Of a DNA stretch of 57,990 nucleotides, positions 45,042-55,789 are shown piece after piece. The stretch's first letter is position 1. Each line of letters begins with the position of its first letter. A program made the position numbers and the translations under genes. The notes beneath the pieces were generated by a model. That model was not told the origin of the DNA, did no database searches, and saw nothing but the letters and a program-made list of their open reading frames with translations. The DNA comes from an uncultured Sphingomonadales bacterium (GTDB lineage: Bacteria; Pseudomonadota; Alphaproteobacteria; Sphingomonadales; CAKZYD01). The DNA is taken from NCBI GenBank assembly GCA_937884085.1, contig CAKZYD010000405.1, positions 1-57,990 of the forward strand, written 5' to 3'.

Positions 45042-45911
45042 ATGAGCTTTTCTTTTTGGCCAAAACGCCTGTCGGGAAATGCCCGCGGCATCGTGCTGAT
45101 CTTATTGGCCAGCGTTTTTGCGGTGGCTTCGTCATCGCTGACGAAAACACTCTCCGATACGTTTCCATCCATTCAAATTGCTTGGGTGCGGGCGCTGGTG
45201 ACGTTGGTATGCCTCGTTCCGTTCGTCATCCGAGATCAATTTCGCGGCTTATGGCCCAATCGGCCCATCTTGATGGGCTTTCGGTCCCTCAATGCAGGGG
45301 CCATCATTCTTCTCAACATTTATGCGGTCGGCAATATGCCACTGGTCGATTTTACAGCGATCGGTTTTACGACGCCTATTTTTGTCATCCTGCTCTCCTT
45401 AGTCATTCTTCGAACACAGCCACGTTTAGACCGCTCACTTGCAACTTTGGTCGGCTTTGTTGGCGTGATGGTCATTGTCCGGCCAACGGCAACACTGTCC
45501 CCTGCTTTCGCCGCGGCCATCGGAGGGGCATTTTGTTTGGGCCTCGGCCTTGTGCTGGTGCGCCTCTTATCAAAAAGCGAAAGTCAATTGCGGCTGCTAT
45601 TGTGGTCTAATGCGTTGCTAGCGCTGTTAATTGCCTGGCCAGCTGTGAATGCCTGGAAAAGCGCACAGCTTTTGGATGGCCTTATGCTTATCGTGGCCGG
45701 CGTTGCCGGTATGCTGACACAGGCGACCATCCTGCTAGCTTATCAAGCGGGCGAGCCGACCATCGTTGCTCCCTTTGATTATAGCCGCATTTTAATCGCC
45801 ATTGCGGCTGGTTTTTTTATCTTTGGCGAACTCCCAGATGCTCTTACTTTTCTTGGCGCGGCCTTGGTGATTGGCGCTGGTCTATTTATCGCACGCAAAC
45901 CAGCAGCCTAG
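45042..45911 (+). CDS. DMT-superfamily (EamA-like) transporter
   Basis: 289 aa, ~10 hydrophobic helices in two EamA-like halves. The overlapping track ORF 44972..45610 is an off-frame shadow. Confidence 0.8.
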   Translation: MSFSFWPKRLSGNARGIVLILLASVFAVASSSLTKTLSDTFPSIQIAWVRALVTLVCLVPFVIRDQFRGLWPNRPILMGFRSLNAGAIILLNIYAVGNMPLVDFTAIGFTTPIFVILLSLVILRTQPRLDRSLATLVGFVGVMVIVRPTATLSPAFAAAIGGAFCLGLGLVLVRLLSKSESQLRLLLWSNALLALLIAWPAVNAWKSAQLLDGLMLIVAGVAGMLTQATILLAYQAGEPTIVAPFDYSRILIAIAAGFFIFGELPDALTFLGAALVIGAGLFIARKPAA

Positions 45912-45982
45912 ACGTTTGCTAAGCGGAGGGTTACATGGCGCGTCTAAAGAATTGCTATTGGTATTGAAAGGCCGCCGCGCCC

Positions 45983-46636
45983 ATGTCCGCACCGCTTGTT
46001 CTTGCTGTCCCCAAAGGCCGCATATTAGGCGAGCTGCGCCCAATTTTGGCGAGCGTCGGGATAGAGCCTGAAGCTGCTTTTGACGACAAGAATGCACGCC
46101 AGCTCCACTTTGACACCAACGTGGAGGGGCTGAGCATCATCCGCGTCCGCGCCTTTGATGTTGCCACATTCGTCGCTTTCGGAGCCGCCCATCTCGGTAT
46201 TGCCGGGAACGATGTCCTGCTGGAGTTTGACTATCCAGAACTCTATGCACCGGTCGATCTGGGTATTGGCGTGTGCCGCATCAGCATCGCAGAACCCAAA
46301 GACCGTGAGAAGGCGACGAGCCTGACCAGTCACGTGCGTATCGCCACCAAATATCCCAATATCACCAGCCGGTTTTTCGCTCAGCGCGGCCTTCAAGCTG
46401 AGTGTATCAAGCTGAACGGCGCTATGGAACTCGCCCCGTCGCTTGGGCTTGCGCCGCGCATTGTTGACCTAGTTTCGACTGGCGGCACACTGAAGGCCAA
46501 TGGACTGGAAGAAGTTGAGGTTTTACACCACGTGACATCCCGGCTCATCGTCAATCGGGCAGCCTATAAAACGCAGGCTGCGCAAGTGGCGCCCTGGGTG
46601 GAACGTTTTAGAGCGGCCGTGAAACATGCCGCTTAA
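45983..46636 (+). CDS. hisG: ATP phosphoribosyltransferase, short form
   Basis: 217 aa. [13 protein letters not shown]...[32 protein letters not shown]...[14 protein letters not shown]. The short form normally needs HisZ, which is not in this window. Confidence 0.9.
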   Translation: MSAPLVLAVPKGRILGELRPILASVGIEPEAAFDDKNARQLHFDTNVEGLSIIRVRAFDVATFVAFGAAHLGIAGNDVLLEFDYPELYAPVDLGIGVCRISIAEPKDREKATSLTSHVRIATKYPNITSRFFAQRGLQAECIKLNGAMELAPSLGLAPRIVDLVSTGGTLKANGLEEVEVLHHVTSRLIVNRAAYKTQAAQVAPWVERFRAAVKHAA

Positions 46637-47960
46637 ACTCAATCTCGATAGCCCCGATTTCGTCGCGCAATTCCAAGCATTGGTGGCGGATACCCGCGAC
46701 GTCGAGAGCGACGTTAGCGGCGTGGTGGAGCGCATTATCGCCGACGTAAGACGCCGCGGCGATGCCGCGTTGTTTGACCTCACCGACCAGTTTGACAAGG
46801 TCACATATACGTCTGAGACCGTCCGCATTGATCCCGGCGCGATGGAAAAATTCTATGCGCAATGCCGGGAAGAAGAGCTGGAGGCGCTCAAGGTCGCGAA
46901 AAGCAGAATTGAAGCCTTCCACCGGCATTCCATGCCAAGCGATTTCAGCTTTACGGATGATGTGGGCGCCCATTTGGGCGCCCGTTGGACGCCGATTGCA
47001 GCAGCTGGCATCTATGTGCCAGGCGGTCTTGCAAGCTATCCCTCGTCGGTGTTGATGAATGCTGTCCCGGCCAAGGTGGCAGGCGTAGGCCGCATCGTCA
47101 TGACCGTGCCCAGTCCCGGCGGCGCGCTCAGCCCGCTCGTCGTGGCCGCAGCGTATATTGCCGGCGTTGATGAGATTTATAAAGTGGGCGGTGCCCAAGC
47201 GGTGGCAGCACTGGCCTATGGCACGGAAACAATCCAGCCCGTGGACAAAATCTTCGGCCCCGGCAACAGCTATGTGGCGGAAGCCAAACGCCAGGTCTTT
47301 GGCCAAGTTGGCATCGACATGATCGCTGGACCATCAGAAATCTTGGTCGTGGCAGATAGCAGCGCCCGGCCTGATTGGACAGCCATTGATCTACTCAGCC
47401 AGGCAGAGCACGACCCAACTGCCCAATCCATCCTGATTACAGATGATGAAACCTTCGCTGACGCCGTCATCGCCGCCGTTGAAGAGCATTTAAAACACCT
47501 CGCAACGCAAGAGACGGCGCGGCAGAGTTGGGAGACCTATGGGGCGGTAATATTGTGCGGCGACCTGCACGGTGATGCACCCGCCCTCATTGATGCGCTC
47601 GCCCCGGAACACTTGATGCTTGCCTGCCGTGACCCGCATAGGCTGTTCGACGCAGTTCAGCATGCCGGGTCAGCCTTTATTGGGCATTTCACGCCAGAAG
47701 CGGCGGGGGACTATTTGGCGGGGCCAAACCATGTTCTGCCCACATCACGGCGCGCGCGCTTCTCATCTGGTCTGTCGGTTCTAGATTTCATGAAGCGCAC
47801 CACCTTCTTGGAACTGAGTAAAGGTGCCTTGGATGCCATTGGCCCCGCAGCCGTCACCCTTGCCGATGCAGAGGGGCTAAGCGCGCATGCCAGGTCCCTT
47901 GCCGTTCGCATCGGTCAAGAACCGGCGGGTCAGAAGACGGCGCCAGACGATACGACCTAG
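46626..47960 (+). CDS. hisD: Histidinol dehydrogenase
   Basis: 444 aa. [47 protein letters not shown] and [13 protein letters not shown] are canonical HisD motifs. Overlaps hisG by 11 nt. Confidence 0.95.
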   Translation: MPLKLNLDSPDFVAQFQALVADTRDVESDVSGVVERIIADVRRRGDAALFDLTDQFDKVTYTSETVRIDPGAMEKFYAQCREEELEALKVAKSRIEAFHRHSMPSDFSFTDDVGAHLGARWTPIAAAGIYVPGGLASYPSSVLMNAVPAKVAGVGRIVMTVPSPGGALSPLVVAAAYIAGVDEIYKVGGAQAVAALAYGTETIQPVDKIFGPGNSYVAEAKRQVFGQVGIDMIAGPSEILVVADSSARPDWTAIDLLSQAEHDPTAQSILITDDETFADAVIAAVEEHLKHLATQETARQSWETYGAVILCGDLHGDAPALIDALAPEHLMLACRDPHRLFDAVQHAGSAFIGHFTPEAAGDYLAGPNHVLPTSRRARFSSGLSVLDFMKRTTFLELSKGALDAIGPAAVTLADAEGLSAHARSLAVRIGQEPAGQKTAPDDTT

Positions 47961-48038
47961 CGCTTGCCGATAGCGTCTTTTTAATGCTCCCGCATTAGGT
48001 TAAGGCCAGAGGAACACAGCTGCTAGTCGCAAAAACAC

Positions 48039-48524
48039 ATGACCAAGACCGACCCGCGCCTCATCGCCATTGACCTGGATGATCGAACGATCATTTGGCG
48101 CAGTGCCGACATCGAGCAGGAACGGCGCATCGCCATCTATGATTTGCTCGAAGAAAACACCTTCGAGCCTCAAACAGCCTATGAAAACGGCTATGGCGGT
48201 CCATTTAAGGTCTACTTGCGCGTCACCGACGGGCGCTTGGCGTTTGATATAGCCGATACCCAAGACGAAGCCTTGGAAACGGTCGTGCTGGCATTGACGC
48301 CATTCCGGCGGTTGATCCGCGAGTACTTCGCGGTGTGCGATAGCTATTTCAAAGCCATCAAGACAGCAACGCCGAGCCAAATTGAGGCCATCGATATGGG
48401 CCGGCGCGGCATTCACAACGAGGCCTCGGAAATTCTGCAAGAACGCCTGGCGGAGAAAATTCGGATTGATTTTCAAACCGCCCGGCGACTTTTCACCCTC
48501 GTCTGCGTCCTTCACATCCGGTGA
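48039..48524 (+). CDS. UPF0262-family protein
   Basis: LIAIDLDDRTIIWRSADIEQERRIAIYDLLEENTF matches my recollection of the alphaproteobacterial UPF0262 family, which commonly follows hisD. Confidence 0.7.
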   Translation: MTKTDPRLIAIDLDDRTIIWRSADIEQERRIAIYDLLEENTFEPQTAYENGYGGPFKVYLRVTDGRLAFDIADTQDEALETVVLALTPFRRLIREYFAVCDSYFKAIKTATPSQIEAIDMGRRGIHNEASEILQERLAEKIRIDFQTARRLFTLVCVLHIR

Positions 48525-49015
48525 CGCGGCGTCCAGGGATAGAGCCAAGCCAAGCGCTTGAATTCAATCCTCGGCCAGAACAACCGGGCGACGCGCTGCC
48601 GCGCAGCGTCCTGTTCGTTTGCAATGAAAACTCAATCCGATCGCCAATGGCTGAAGCTCTTTTGAAAAAGATAGCGCGCGGCCGGATATTTGTTGGATCG
48701 GCTGGGCTGCGTGTCGGGACCCTGGATGGATTTGCCGTGGCGGTGATGAAGGAGTGGAATATTGCGCTCGATGACCACCGACCGCACATCATTTCCGACA
48801 ATGATGTGGCCAAATTCGCCCTGGTCATTTCCCTCACGCCGGAAGCACAGCATTGGGCGGTGGAGTTAACGCGCTTTGGCGATATGGCGATTGAATATTG
48901 GCCCATGCCTGACCCATCCAAAACCGAAGGCAGCCGAGAGCAGCGTTTGGACGCCTATAGGAGCTTGCGCGGACTTTTAAAACTTCGCATGGAAAAACGC
49001 TTCGATTTCGGCTAA
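48521..49015 (+). CDS. Low-molecular-weight phosphatase / ArsC-like family protein
   Basis: VLFVCNENSIRSPMAEALLK carries the CX5R(S) P-loop. GTG start overlaps the upstream stop (GTGA). Confidence 0.8.
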   Translation: MTRRPGIEPSQALEFNPRPEQPGDALPRSVLFVCNENSIRSPMAEALLKKIARGRIFVGSAGLRVGTLDGFAVAVMKEWNIALDDHRPHIISDNDVAKFALVISLTPEAQHWAVELTRFGDMAIEYWPMPDPSKTEGSREQRLDAYRSLRGLLKLRMEKRFDFG

Positions 49016-49066
49016 AGGGCGCCAGCACGTTTATAAAGTTAACAAATGGGAGCCGCCACAAACGGT

Positions 49067-49285
49067 ATGGCGAAAGAAGAGTTATTAGAAATGCGGGGCG
49101 TGGTGACCGAGCTGTTGCCCAATGCCATGTTCCGCGTCAAACTAGAAAATGATCACGAAATTCTTGGCCACACGGCCGGGAAAATGCGCAAAAACCGCAT
49201 CCGTGTTTTGGTGGGCGATGAGGTTCTGGTGGAGCTAACGCCCTATGACCTGACGAAGGGCCGCATCACCTTCCGCTACAAATAA
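49067..49285 (+). CDS. infA: Translation initiation factor IF-1
   Basis: [72 protein letters not shown], 72 aa, is near-canonical IF-1. The track ORF begins 7 codons earlier. Confidence 0.95.
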   Translation: MAKEELLEMRGVVTELLPNAMFRVKLENDHEILGHTAGKMRKNRIRVLVGDEVLVELTPYDLTKGRITFRYK

Positions 49286-49318
49286 GGTGGTTTGGCCCTT
49301 GCGCCATGCCTTCCTGTC

Positions 49319-49894
49319 ATGACTGACTTCATCCTCGCGTCTCAATCCCCGCGCCGCCGGGATCTCCTGGCGCAAATCGGCTATGTGCCAAGCCAAGTTG
49401 TACCGGCGGATATCGATGAGACGCCGCAGGCCAAAGAGCTTCCTCGGCCATATGCCATCCGCATGGCTGTTGAGAAGGCAGAGGCGGTTGCGGCGCTCTA
49501 CCCCAATGCAACGCTTTTGGCGGGCGATACGGTTGTCGCCGCTGGTCGGCGTATCTTAGGCAAAGCGGAAGATGCCGCGGCGGCTGAAAAGATGCTGCGG
49601 CTGCTGGCAGGGCGGCGCCACCGGGTCATCTCCGCAATCGCCGTGAAGCAGGGTGAAAAGCTCTGGCAACGCTGCGTGGTGTCCATCGTCAAAATCCGGC
49701 CACTGTCCGACGCCGAAGTCGCTGACTACCTCAAAACCGCTGAATGGCAGGGCAAAGCCGGTGGCTATGCTCTTCAGGGCCGCGCTGCTGCGTTCATTCC
49801 CTGGGTCCAAGGCTCCTATTCCTCCATCGTGGGCCTGCCACTGGCGGAAACCCACAATGTGCTCCGCGCAGCAGGCGTCAGCCAGGCCACCTGA
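49319..49894 (+). CDS. maf: Maf-like nucleoside triphosphate pyrophosphatase
   Basis: MTDFILASQSPRRRDLLAQIGY, KAGGYALQG and VVGLP-like (IVGLPL) motifs. Confidence 0.9.
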   Translation: MTDFILASQSPRRRDLLAQIGYVPSQVVPADIDETPQAKELPRPYAIRMAVEKAEAVAALYPNATLLAGDTVVAAGRRILGKAEDAAAAEKMLRLLAGRRHRVISAIAVKQGEKLWQRCVVSIVKIRPLSDAEVADYLKTAEWQGKAGGYALQGRAAAFIPWVQGSYSSIVGLPLAETHNVLRAAGVSQAT

Positions 49895-49896
49895 GG

Positions 49897-50973
49897 ATGA
49901 CGCTGAGGGTCTTGATTGATGACGTCATAGTCCAAACCCGGGCTGTGCTGCTGGAGCATGGACAGCCCATTCACTATGCAATCACAGGGCTAACGAACGG
50001 ACCAGCTGTCGGCGCTCGGTTGCTCGGACAGCTTACGGAAAAAATCGGTGACCAGGGGGATTGGCTTGTTGCTTTGGAAAACAGCGGCACCGGCTATCTC
50101 TCAGCCAGGCGCGCAGGCGGACTTACAGCAGGATCTCGCGCGGTCATGGGCGTCGTTCGCGCCGCCGAGCCAGGCAAAAACCCGCAGGTCAAACCTGCGA
50201 AACCAGGCGTTGAGCCTCAGCCAGACTGGGATGAAATCGATACATTCCTATCCGCCTTGCCGGAGGATTTTAACGGAGAGATTGCCATCGGAACCCGGGC
50301 TCTCTGGGCAAAACGAGTCGCTGGCTGGCAATCGTGCTTTCCGGCATTGTCCACGCTCTTTACACAGCAATTTGGCGCGCCCGGCGCCTTGATAGACGAT
50401 GCTCCGCTAGAAGCGCTGCAATCCCAAAGCTGGCCGCTAAAAAGTGGCGGCCGCATAGATTTTGGCAGCGTTCACGGAATTACGGTCTTTGATGTAAATG
50501 CCGCCAGCGCGCGAAACACACGCAACATCAATCTCGAGGCTGCAGCGGCCTTGCCCGCCCTGTTGCGGCTAGCTGAAATTGGCGGCCTCATCGTCATAGA
50601 CTTCATTGACATGCAGCGCCGCGCAGATCAGCAGGCCATCTTGGCGGCCTTTGACGCTGGGTTCCCCGGAAAGCCGCCAAGACGCACCGGTTGGTCGAAA
50701 TTCGGCCTCGTGGAAGTACAAACCCAGCGCAGTGGAGAGGGATTGCCAGCGCTGCTCAACACTGACGGTGGAGCCGCCCTGCAAGGACCGCGTCTGCTCT
50801 GCGACACCTTCGCGCAGGCAAGCGAAGGCCAGCCAGCACCTGTTGCCTTATCGGTGGAAAATCCGCTGTATCGGTGGCTCACAAGACACCAAGCGGCCCA
50901 AGCCCTGAGCGAACGACTAGGCTTGCCAGTGAGGATTGACGTTGCGCAAACAGGACCCACATCCACGCCATGA
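49897..50973 (+). CDS. Short RNase E/G-family-like protein
   Basis: ITVFDVNAASARNTRNINLEAAAALPALLRLAEIGGLIVIDFIDM resembles the RNase E/G catalytic core (IDVNSG...N.EAA.EI.RQLRLRD.GGIIVIDFIDM). The ATG at 49897 sits 2 nt after the maf stop. The track ORF start at 49744 overlaps maf and is rejected. Confidence 0.7.
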   Translation: MTLRVLIDDVIVQTRAVLLEHGQPIHYAITGLTNGPAVGARLLGQLTEKIGDQGDWLVALENSGTGYLSARRAGGLTAGSRAVMGVVRAAEPGKNPQVKPAKPGVEPQPDWDEIDTFLSALPEDFNGEIAIGTRALWAKRVAGWQSCFPALSTLFTQQFGAPGALIDDAPLEALQSQSWPLKSGGRIDFGSVHGITVFDVNAASARNTRNINLEAAAALPALLRLAEIGGLIVIDFIDMQRRADQQAILAAFDAGFPGKPPRRTGWSKFGLVEVQTQRSGEGLPALLNTDGGAALQGPRLLCDTFAQASEGQPAPVALSVENPLYRWLTRHQAAQALSERLGLPVRIDVAQTGPTSTP

Positions 50974-51155
50974 CCTTTAGCGCAAAACCTTGCCCAATGT
51001 GCGGAAAGCCATCGGTCTATGAAGTCCGGCCCTTTTGTTCCAGCCTCTGCCAATCCAAAGACCTGCTACCCTGGGCTGGAGAGGGCTATAAATTGCCTGG
51101 AGATGCCCCAATCGACGGCCTCATCCAGCCAGATGACGACGCAGATCAAGGATAA
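50970..51155 (+). CDS. yacG: DNA gyrase inhibitor YacG (zinc finger)
   Basis: CPMCGKPSVYEVRPFCSSLCQSKDLLPW is a CxxC...CxxxC zinc ribbon. 61 aa. ATGA overlap with the upstream gene. Confidence 0.85.
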   Translation: MTFSAKPCPMCGKPSVYEVRPFCSSLCQSKDLLPWAGEGYKLPGDAPIDGLIQPDDDADQG

Positions 51156-51209
51156 CGTCGCAAAACCGCTCGACAGGCCAAGCGACCTCGCCTATATCGA
51201 CCCCCAATG

Positions 51210-51284
<75 letters not shown>

Positions 51285-51411
51285 CTTTTTCATAAATAAA
51301 ATGATGCCCGATCATCAAAAAGACCGGTTCGAACTTTGTTCGAAGCAGGGCACCATTCATCTTCTTGCAGGTCAAGGAGCTTGAATTTATAGTAATGCGT
51401 CGGGGGAAAGT

Positions 51412-52005
51412 ATGAAAGCAAAATTCTGGATAAGGCTTTTCATGGCAATCGGCCTATGCTGGGCGTCAATGGCTCAAGCGGCTGTGATCGTTGATTTCAA
51501 CGTGGATAGTGCAACCATTGATGGCCCTTATTTTGAAGATGGCTTTGTTGTTGAACACGATACAGACCCTATTGTCATATTGAATGCACAATTAAACTCG
51601 GAAGTTTTTGCTCTCGCTGAGATCATTCGCTTTACCCGCGAGGATGACCGCCTCTTTTCGCTGACGTCTTTTGATTATAATTCAGGGTCACAGGACTATG
51701 GCCGATCTGACAGCTTTGAAGTTTTTGGCTTTATTGACGGCATCGAAGTTGCCGATTACGGGTTTTACGAAACCATCAATCAGATTACCGACATTACGGT
51801 CGTGACGGCTAATGCGACGTTGATTGAGGAGCTATGGTTGTTCGGCGGTGGATCGAACGCATGGCCAGTCGTTTGGGACAATTTCGTATTTGAGGTTAAT
51901 GAGCCAGTCTCTGTATCGTCACCTTCAGGCAACTTACTTTTTATGCTGGGGGTCGGGTGCTTGGGCTTGGTGATGCGCCGCCGGTTAAAGGCTACACAGC
52001 ACTAG
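51412..52005 (+). CDS. PEP-CTERM-anchored secreted hypothetical protein
   Basis: Signal peptide MKAKFWIRLFMAIGLCWASMAQA. The C-terminal VNEPVSVSSPSGNLLFMLGVGCLGLVMRRRLK is a PEP-like motif plus TM helix plus Arg cluster. The gene is visibly lower in GC than its neighbours and lies next to tRNA-Phe. Confidence 0.7.
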   Translation: MKAKFWIRLFMAIGLCWASMAQAAVIVDFNVDSATIDGPYFEDGFVVEHDTDPIVILNAQLNSEVFALAEIIRFTREDDRLFSLTSFDYNSGSQDYGRSDSFEVFGFIDGIEVADYGFYETINQITDITVVTANATLIEELWLFGGGSNAWPVVWDNFVFEVNEPVSVSSPSGNLLFMLGVGCLGLVMRRRLKATQH

Positions 52006-52031
52006 CGCGTTAACTGTCCACGTCTTTAAAC

Positions 52032-52073
52032 AAAAAATGCGCCTCCTGGTTTCATCCAAGCGGCGCATTTTTA
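52032..52073. terminator. Bidirectional rho-independent terminator between convergent genes
   Basis: aaaaaatgcgcc...ggcgcattttt: a GC stem flanked by an A-run and a T-run, between 51412..52005 (+) and 52093..53127 (-). Confidence 0.6.
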
Positions 52074-52092
52074 CGTTAGGCTAAAGTCAGGT

Positions 52093-53127
52093 CTAGCTGG
52101 ATTTTACAACAACACCGGATGCTGGAATATCAACCGGCTGGTAGGGCGTCTGCCCTTTTGCAAACGGAACCGGCTTAGCATCGCGTTTGTAGACTTCGAA
52201 GCTGGAGACATTCGGCTCTGTCCAGACCTTTGGCGGCTCAAGATAGTCTGGGAAGTCTTTCTCTGCTGCCTTGATGATTTCTTTTGGCAGCTGCTCCACG
52301 CCGCGGGGCAATTTGATTGTGTTGGCCCTGTAGACAAGGTGGCCTGGGCGCTCTTCCATCAGCATCCATGGCAAGTAGTTGCCCACGCGCTGCCAACCAC
52401 CAGTTGGGGACACGTCTGGAACATCCGGGTCCATCACTTTGGCGCGCTCGGCATGCAGCTGGAAATACTCCGCAACCCGGATCCATTTACCGGTGTGTTC
52501 GCGCGGCCAGCCTTCTTTATCGAGAATATTAGGCCAGCGCAGGTTTACATCGAGCGATGTGGAGATCCATTTATCATCGTGGGTATACCAAGGCAGCACA
52601 AAGTCGCGCTTAAAGGTCTTGTCATAGCCGCCTTCGATCTTCGGCTTGAAGACGATGTTGACGGGGTCATTGGCCACTGGCCAGACTTTGACTTTCTCGC
52701 CGCCCAAATATGGGTTTTCCCAGGTGTCGATGATTTCACCTGTGGCGAGATCGGAATAAAAGCCGACTTCCTTGTGCAGCTTTGTGAAGGTGCCATCGCC
52801 GTTGTTGAACCAGCGGCTATAGCCAAAGCCTTTAAAGCCAAACAGGGGCTTGATGGTCTCTTGCTGCCCCCAGACGGAGAGGACGACGCCATCCCACATG
52901 CCAAGAGTGGCTTTGCCGTCTTCCAAACTGCCGTCGAGCTTGATCCAGGCATACACATTGTCCTGCGGATCGCTGAGATCATAGGCATTGGCAGGCATTG
53001 TGCTGGCCTTGGCCGCCGGTGCAGCCGCCATGCCGCCCAGACCAAGACCTAAGCCGGCCCCAGCGCCTAACTTAAAGAGGCTGCGGCGATCAAAAGCGTT
53101 TACGCCCAATCCATGAAGCTGCATCAA
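52093..53127 (-). CDS. Tat-signal secreted protein of unknown function (possibly DUF1838-like)
   Basis: The twin-arginine leader FDRRSLFKLGAGAGLGLGLGGMAAAPAAKA is followed by a ~300-aa domain. The family assignment is a recollection only. Track ORF 52339..53052 (+) is its antisense shadow. Confidence 0.6.
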   Translation of the reverse strand: MMQLHGLGVNAFDRRSLFKLGAGAGLGLGLGGMAAAPAAKASTMPANAYDLSDPQDNVYAWIKLDGSLEDGKATLGMWDGVVLSVWGQQETIKPLFGFKGFGYSRWFNNGDGTFTKLHKEVGFYSDLATGEIIDTWENPYLGGEKVKVWPVANDPVNIVFKPKIEGGYDKTFKRDFVLPWYTHDDKWISTSLDVNLRWPNILDKEGWPREHTGKWIRVAEYFQLHAERAKVMDPDVPDVSPTGGWQRVGNYLPWMLMEERPGHLVYRANTIKLPRGVEQLPKEIIKAAEKDFPDYLEPPKVWTEPNVSSFEVYKRDAKPVPFAKGQTPYQPVDIPASGVVVKSS

Positions 53128-53359
53128 ATGTCTCCCGAGTGAATGCTAAAGTGCTACTTAAATCCTTAAAAGCATTCGCCCTATGGGTCGCGCCACGTGC
53201 TCTATTCACCCGCAGGGCGGTCTTTCCGAACAGAGCACCCGTAATAGCCCCGCAATAGCGAGGTGAAGGCGCACGGATGTCAAAGAAAGTCCGAGACACT
53301 GTTTTGCGGCAGGGAAAGAGCCCGTACGCCAAGGGCAGCGCTAGCGCATTGCCTCCTAG

Positions 53360-54517
<1,158 letters not shown>

Positions 54518-54541
54518 ATCCGCACAGGAGGCCTCTTTTCC

Positions 54542-54919
54542 ATGTTTACGCACGTCATGGTCGGTTCTAATGATCTGGAACGCTCAAAAACTTTTTATAT
54601 GGCAACACTTGGCGCCCTGGGCCTGGAAGGCATGCAGACGCCCAATGGCGGCGTGTTCTTCTCACAAGGCGGCATGGCCTTTGGTGTGGGGACCCCCGCC
54701 AATGGGGAACCGGCATGTTTTGCCAATGGCGGCACCATCGGCTTTCAGGCAACGACCAAAGAACAGATTGATGCCTTTCATGCTGCCGGTCTTGCCAATG
54801 GCGGAACCGATGAAGGCTTGCCAGGTGTACGCGAAGGGGCACCGGGCCAACCTTATGGCGCCTACCTGCGCGACCCTGATGGCAATAAAATCTGCGCATT
54901 TGCTGGGGTTCAGCTCTAA
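54542..54919 (+). CDS. VOC (glyoxalase/bleomycin-resistance/dioxygenase) family protein
   Basis: 125 aa. MFTHVMVGSNDLERSKTFY start and C-terminal YLRDPDGNKI, typical of small VOC-fold proteins. Confidence 0.75.
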   Translation: MFTHVMVGSNDLERSKTFYMATLGALGLEGMQTPNGGVFFSQGGMAFGVGTPANGEPACFANGGTIGFQATTKEQIDAFHAAGLANGGTDEGLPGVREGAPGQPYGAYLRDPDGNKICAFAGVQL

Positions 54920-54922
54920 GCG

Positions 54923-55762
54923 ATGACCCTCACCCTGGTCTCTGAAAACACGTGCTTTGGCGGCACACAGCGGGTCTATAGTCACCCCAGCGCCGCCACA
55001 GGCACGCAGATGACTTTCGGGCTTTTTTTGCCGCCGCAAGCCGAGCTGGGGCCAGTCCCGTTGCTGATCTACCTCTCGGGCCTGACCTGCACCCATGAGA
55101 ATGTGATGACCAAGGCCGGCGCGCAGCATTGGTGCGCTGAGCATGGCCTGGCCTTCCTCATGCCGGACACCTCCCCACGCGGCGAGGATGTGCCAGATGG
55201 CGAGAGCTATGATTTCGGCCAAGGCGCAGGCTTTTATGTGGACGCGACCGAGCCGCCCTGGTCGCAGCATTTCAAGATGGAAAGCTATATCCTCAAGGAC
55301 TTGATGGACGCCGTGTCGGGCGAGATCCCGCAGATTGACATGACGCGGAAATCCATCACAGGGCATTCCATGGGCGGCCATGGCGCGCTGACCCTGGCGC
55401 TAAAAAACCCGGACATGTTCAAATCAGTGTCCGCCTTTTCGCCTATCGTTAGCCCCATCAGCTGTCCTTGGGGGCAAAAGGCACTTACAGGCTATTTGGG
55501 AAGCGACGAGGCGGTTTGGCGCCGCTATGACAGCTGCGCGCTGATAAAGGACGGCGCGCGGATGCCTGATATTCTGGTAGACCAAGGCACGGCTGATCAG
55601 TTTCTAGAGGATGAACTAAAGAGCCATTTGCTCGCCGATGCTTGCGCCAAGGCCGCCATTCCGCTTACCCTGAATATGCGGAACGGTTACGACCATAGCT
55701 ATTTTTTCATTCAGAGCTTCATGGCGGACCATGTGGTTTGGGCGGCGGAGCGCTTGACGTAA
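54923..55762 (+). CDS. fghA: S-formylglutathione hydrolase (esterase D family)
   Basis: 279 aa. FGGTQRVYSHPS, LIYLSGLTCTHEN and GHSMGGHGAL (nucleophile elbow), with DHSYFFI near the C-terminus. Confidence 0.95.
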   Translation: MTLTLVSENTCFGGTQRVYSHPSAATGTQMTFGLFLPPQAELGPVPLLIYLSGLTCTHENVMTKAGAQHWCAEHGLAFLMPDTSPRGEDVPDGESYDFGQGAGFYVDATEPPWSQHFKMESYILKDLMDAVSGEIPQIDMTRKSITGHSMGGHGALTLALKNPDMFKSVSAFSPIVSPISCPWGQKALTGYLGSDEAVWRRYDSCALIKDGARMPDILVDQGTADQFLEDELKSHLLADACAKAAIPLTLNMRNGYDHSYFFIQSFMADHVVWAAERLT

Positions 55763-55789
55763 GCCAAGCCGCACAGCTGGAGACCCCTG

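Noticed and set aside
44972-45610. 212-aa + strand ORF overlapping the EamA transporter gene in another frame
   Set aside because: The 45042..45911 frame gives a coherent 10-helix DMT transporter. The alternative frame is Arg/Cys/His-rich with no features.
47961-48038. Possible terminator after hisD (gacgata...tagcgtc ttttt)
   Set aside because: The stem has mismatches and only 4+2 bp pair cleanly, which is too weak to call.
49744-49896. 5' extension of the RNase E/G-like ORF overlapping maf
   Set aside because: The extension is out-of-frame overlap with the well-supported maf gene. An ATG at 49897, 2 nt after the maf stop, gives a sensible N-terminus.
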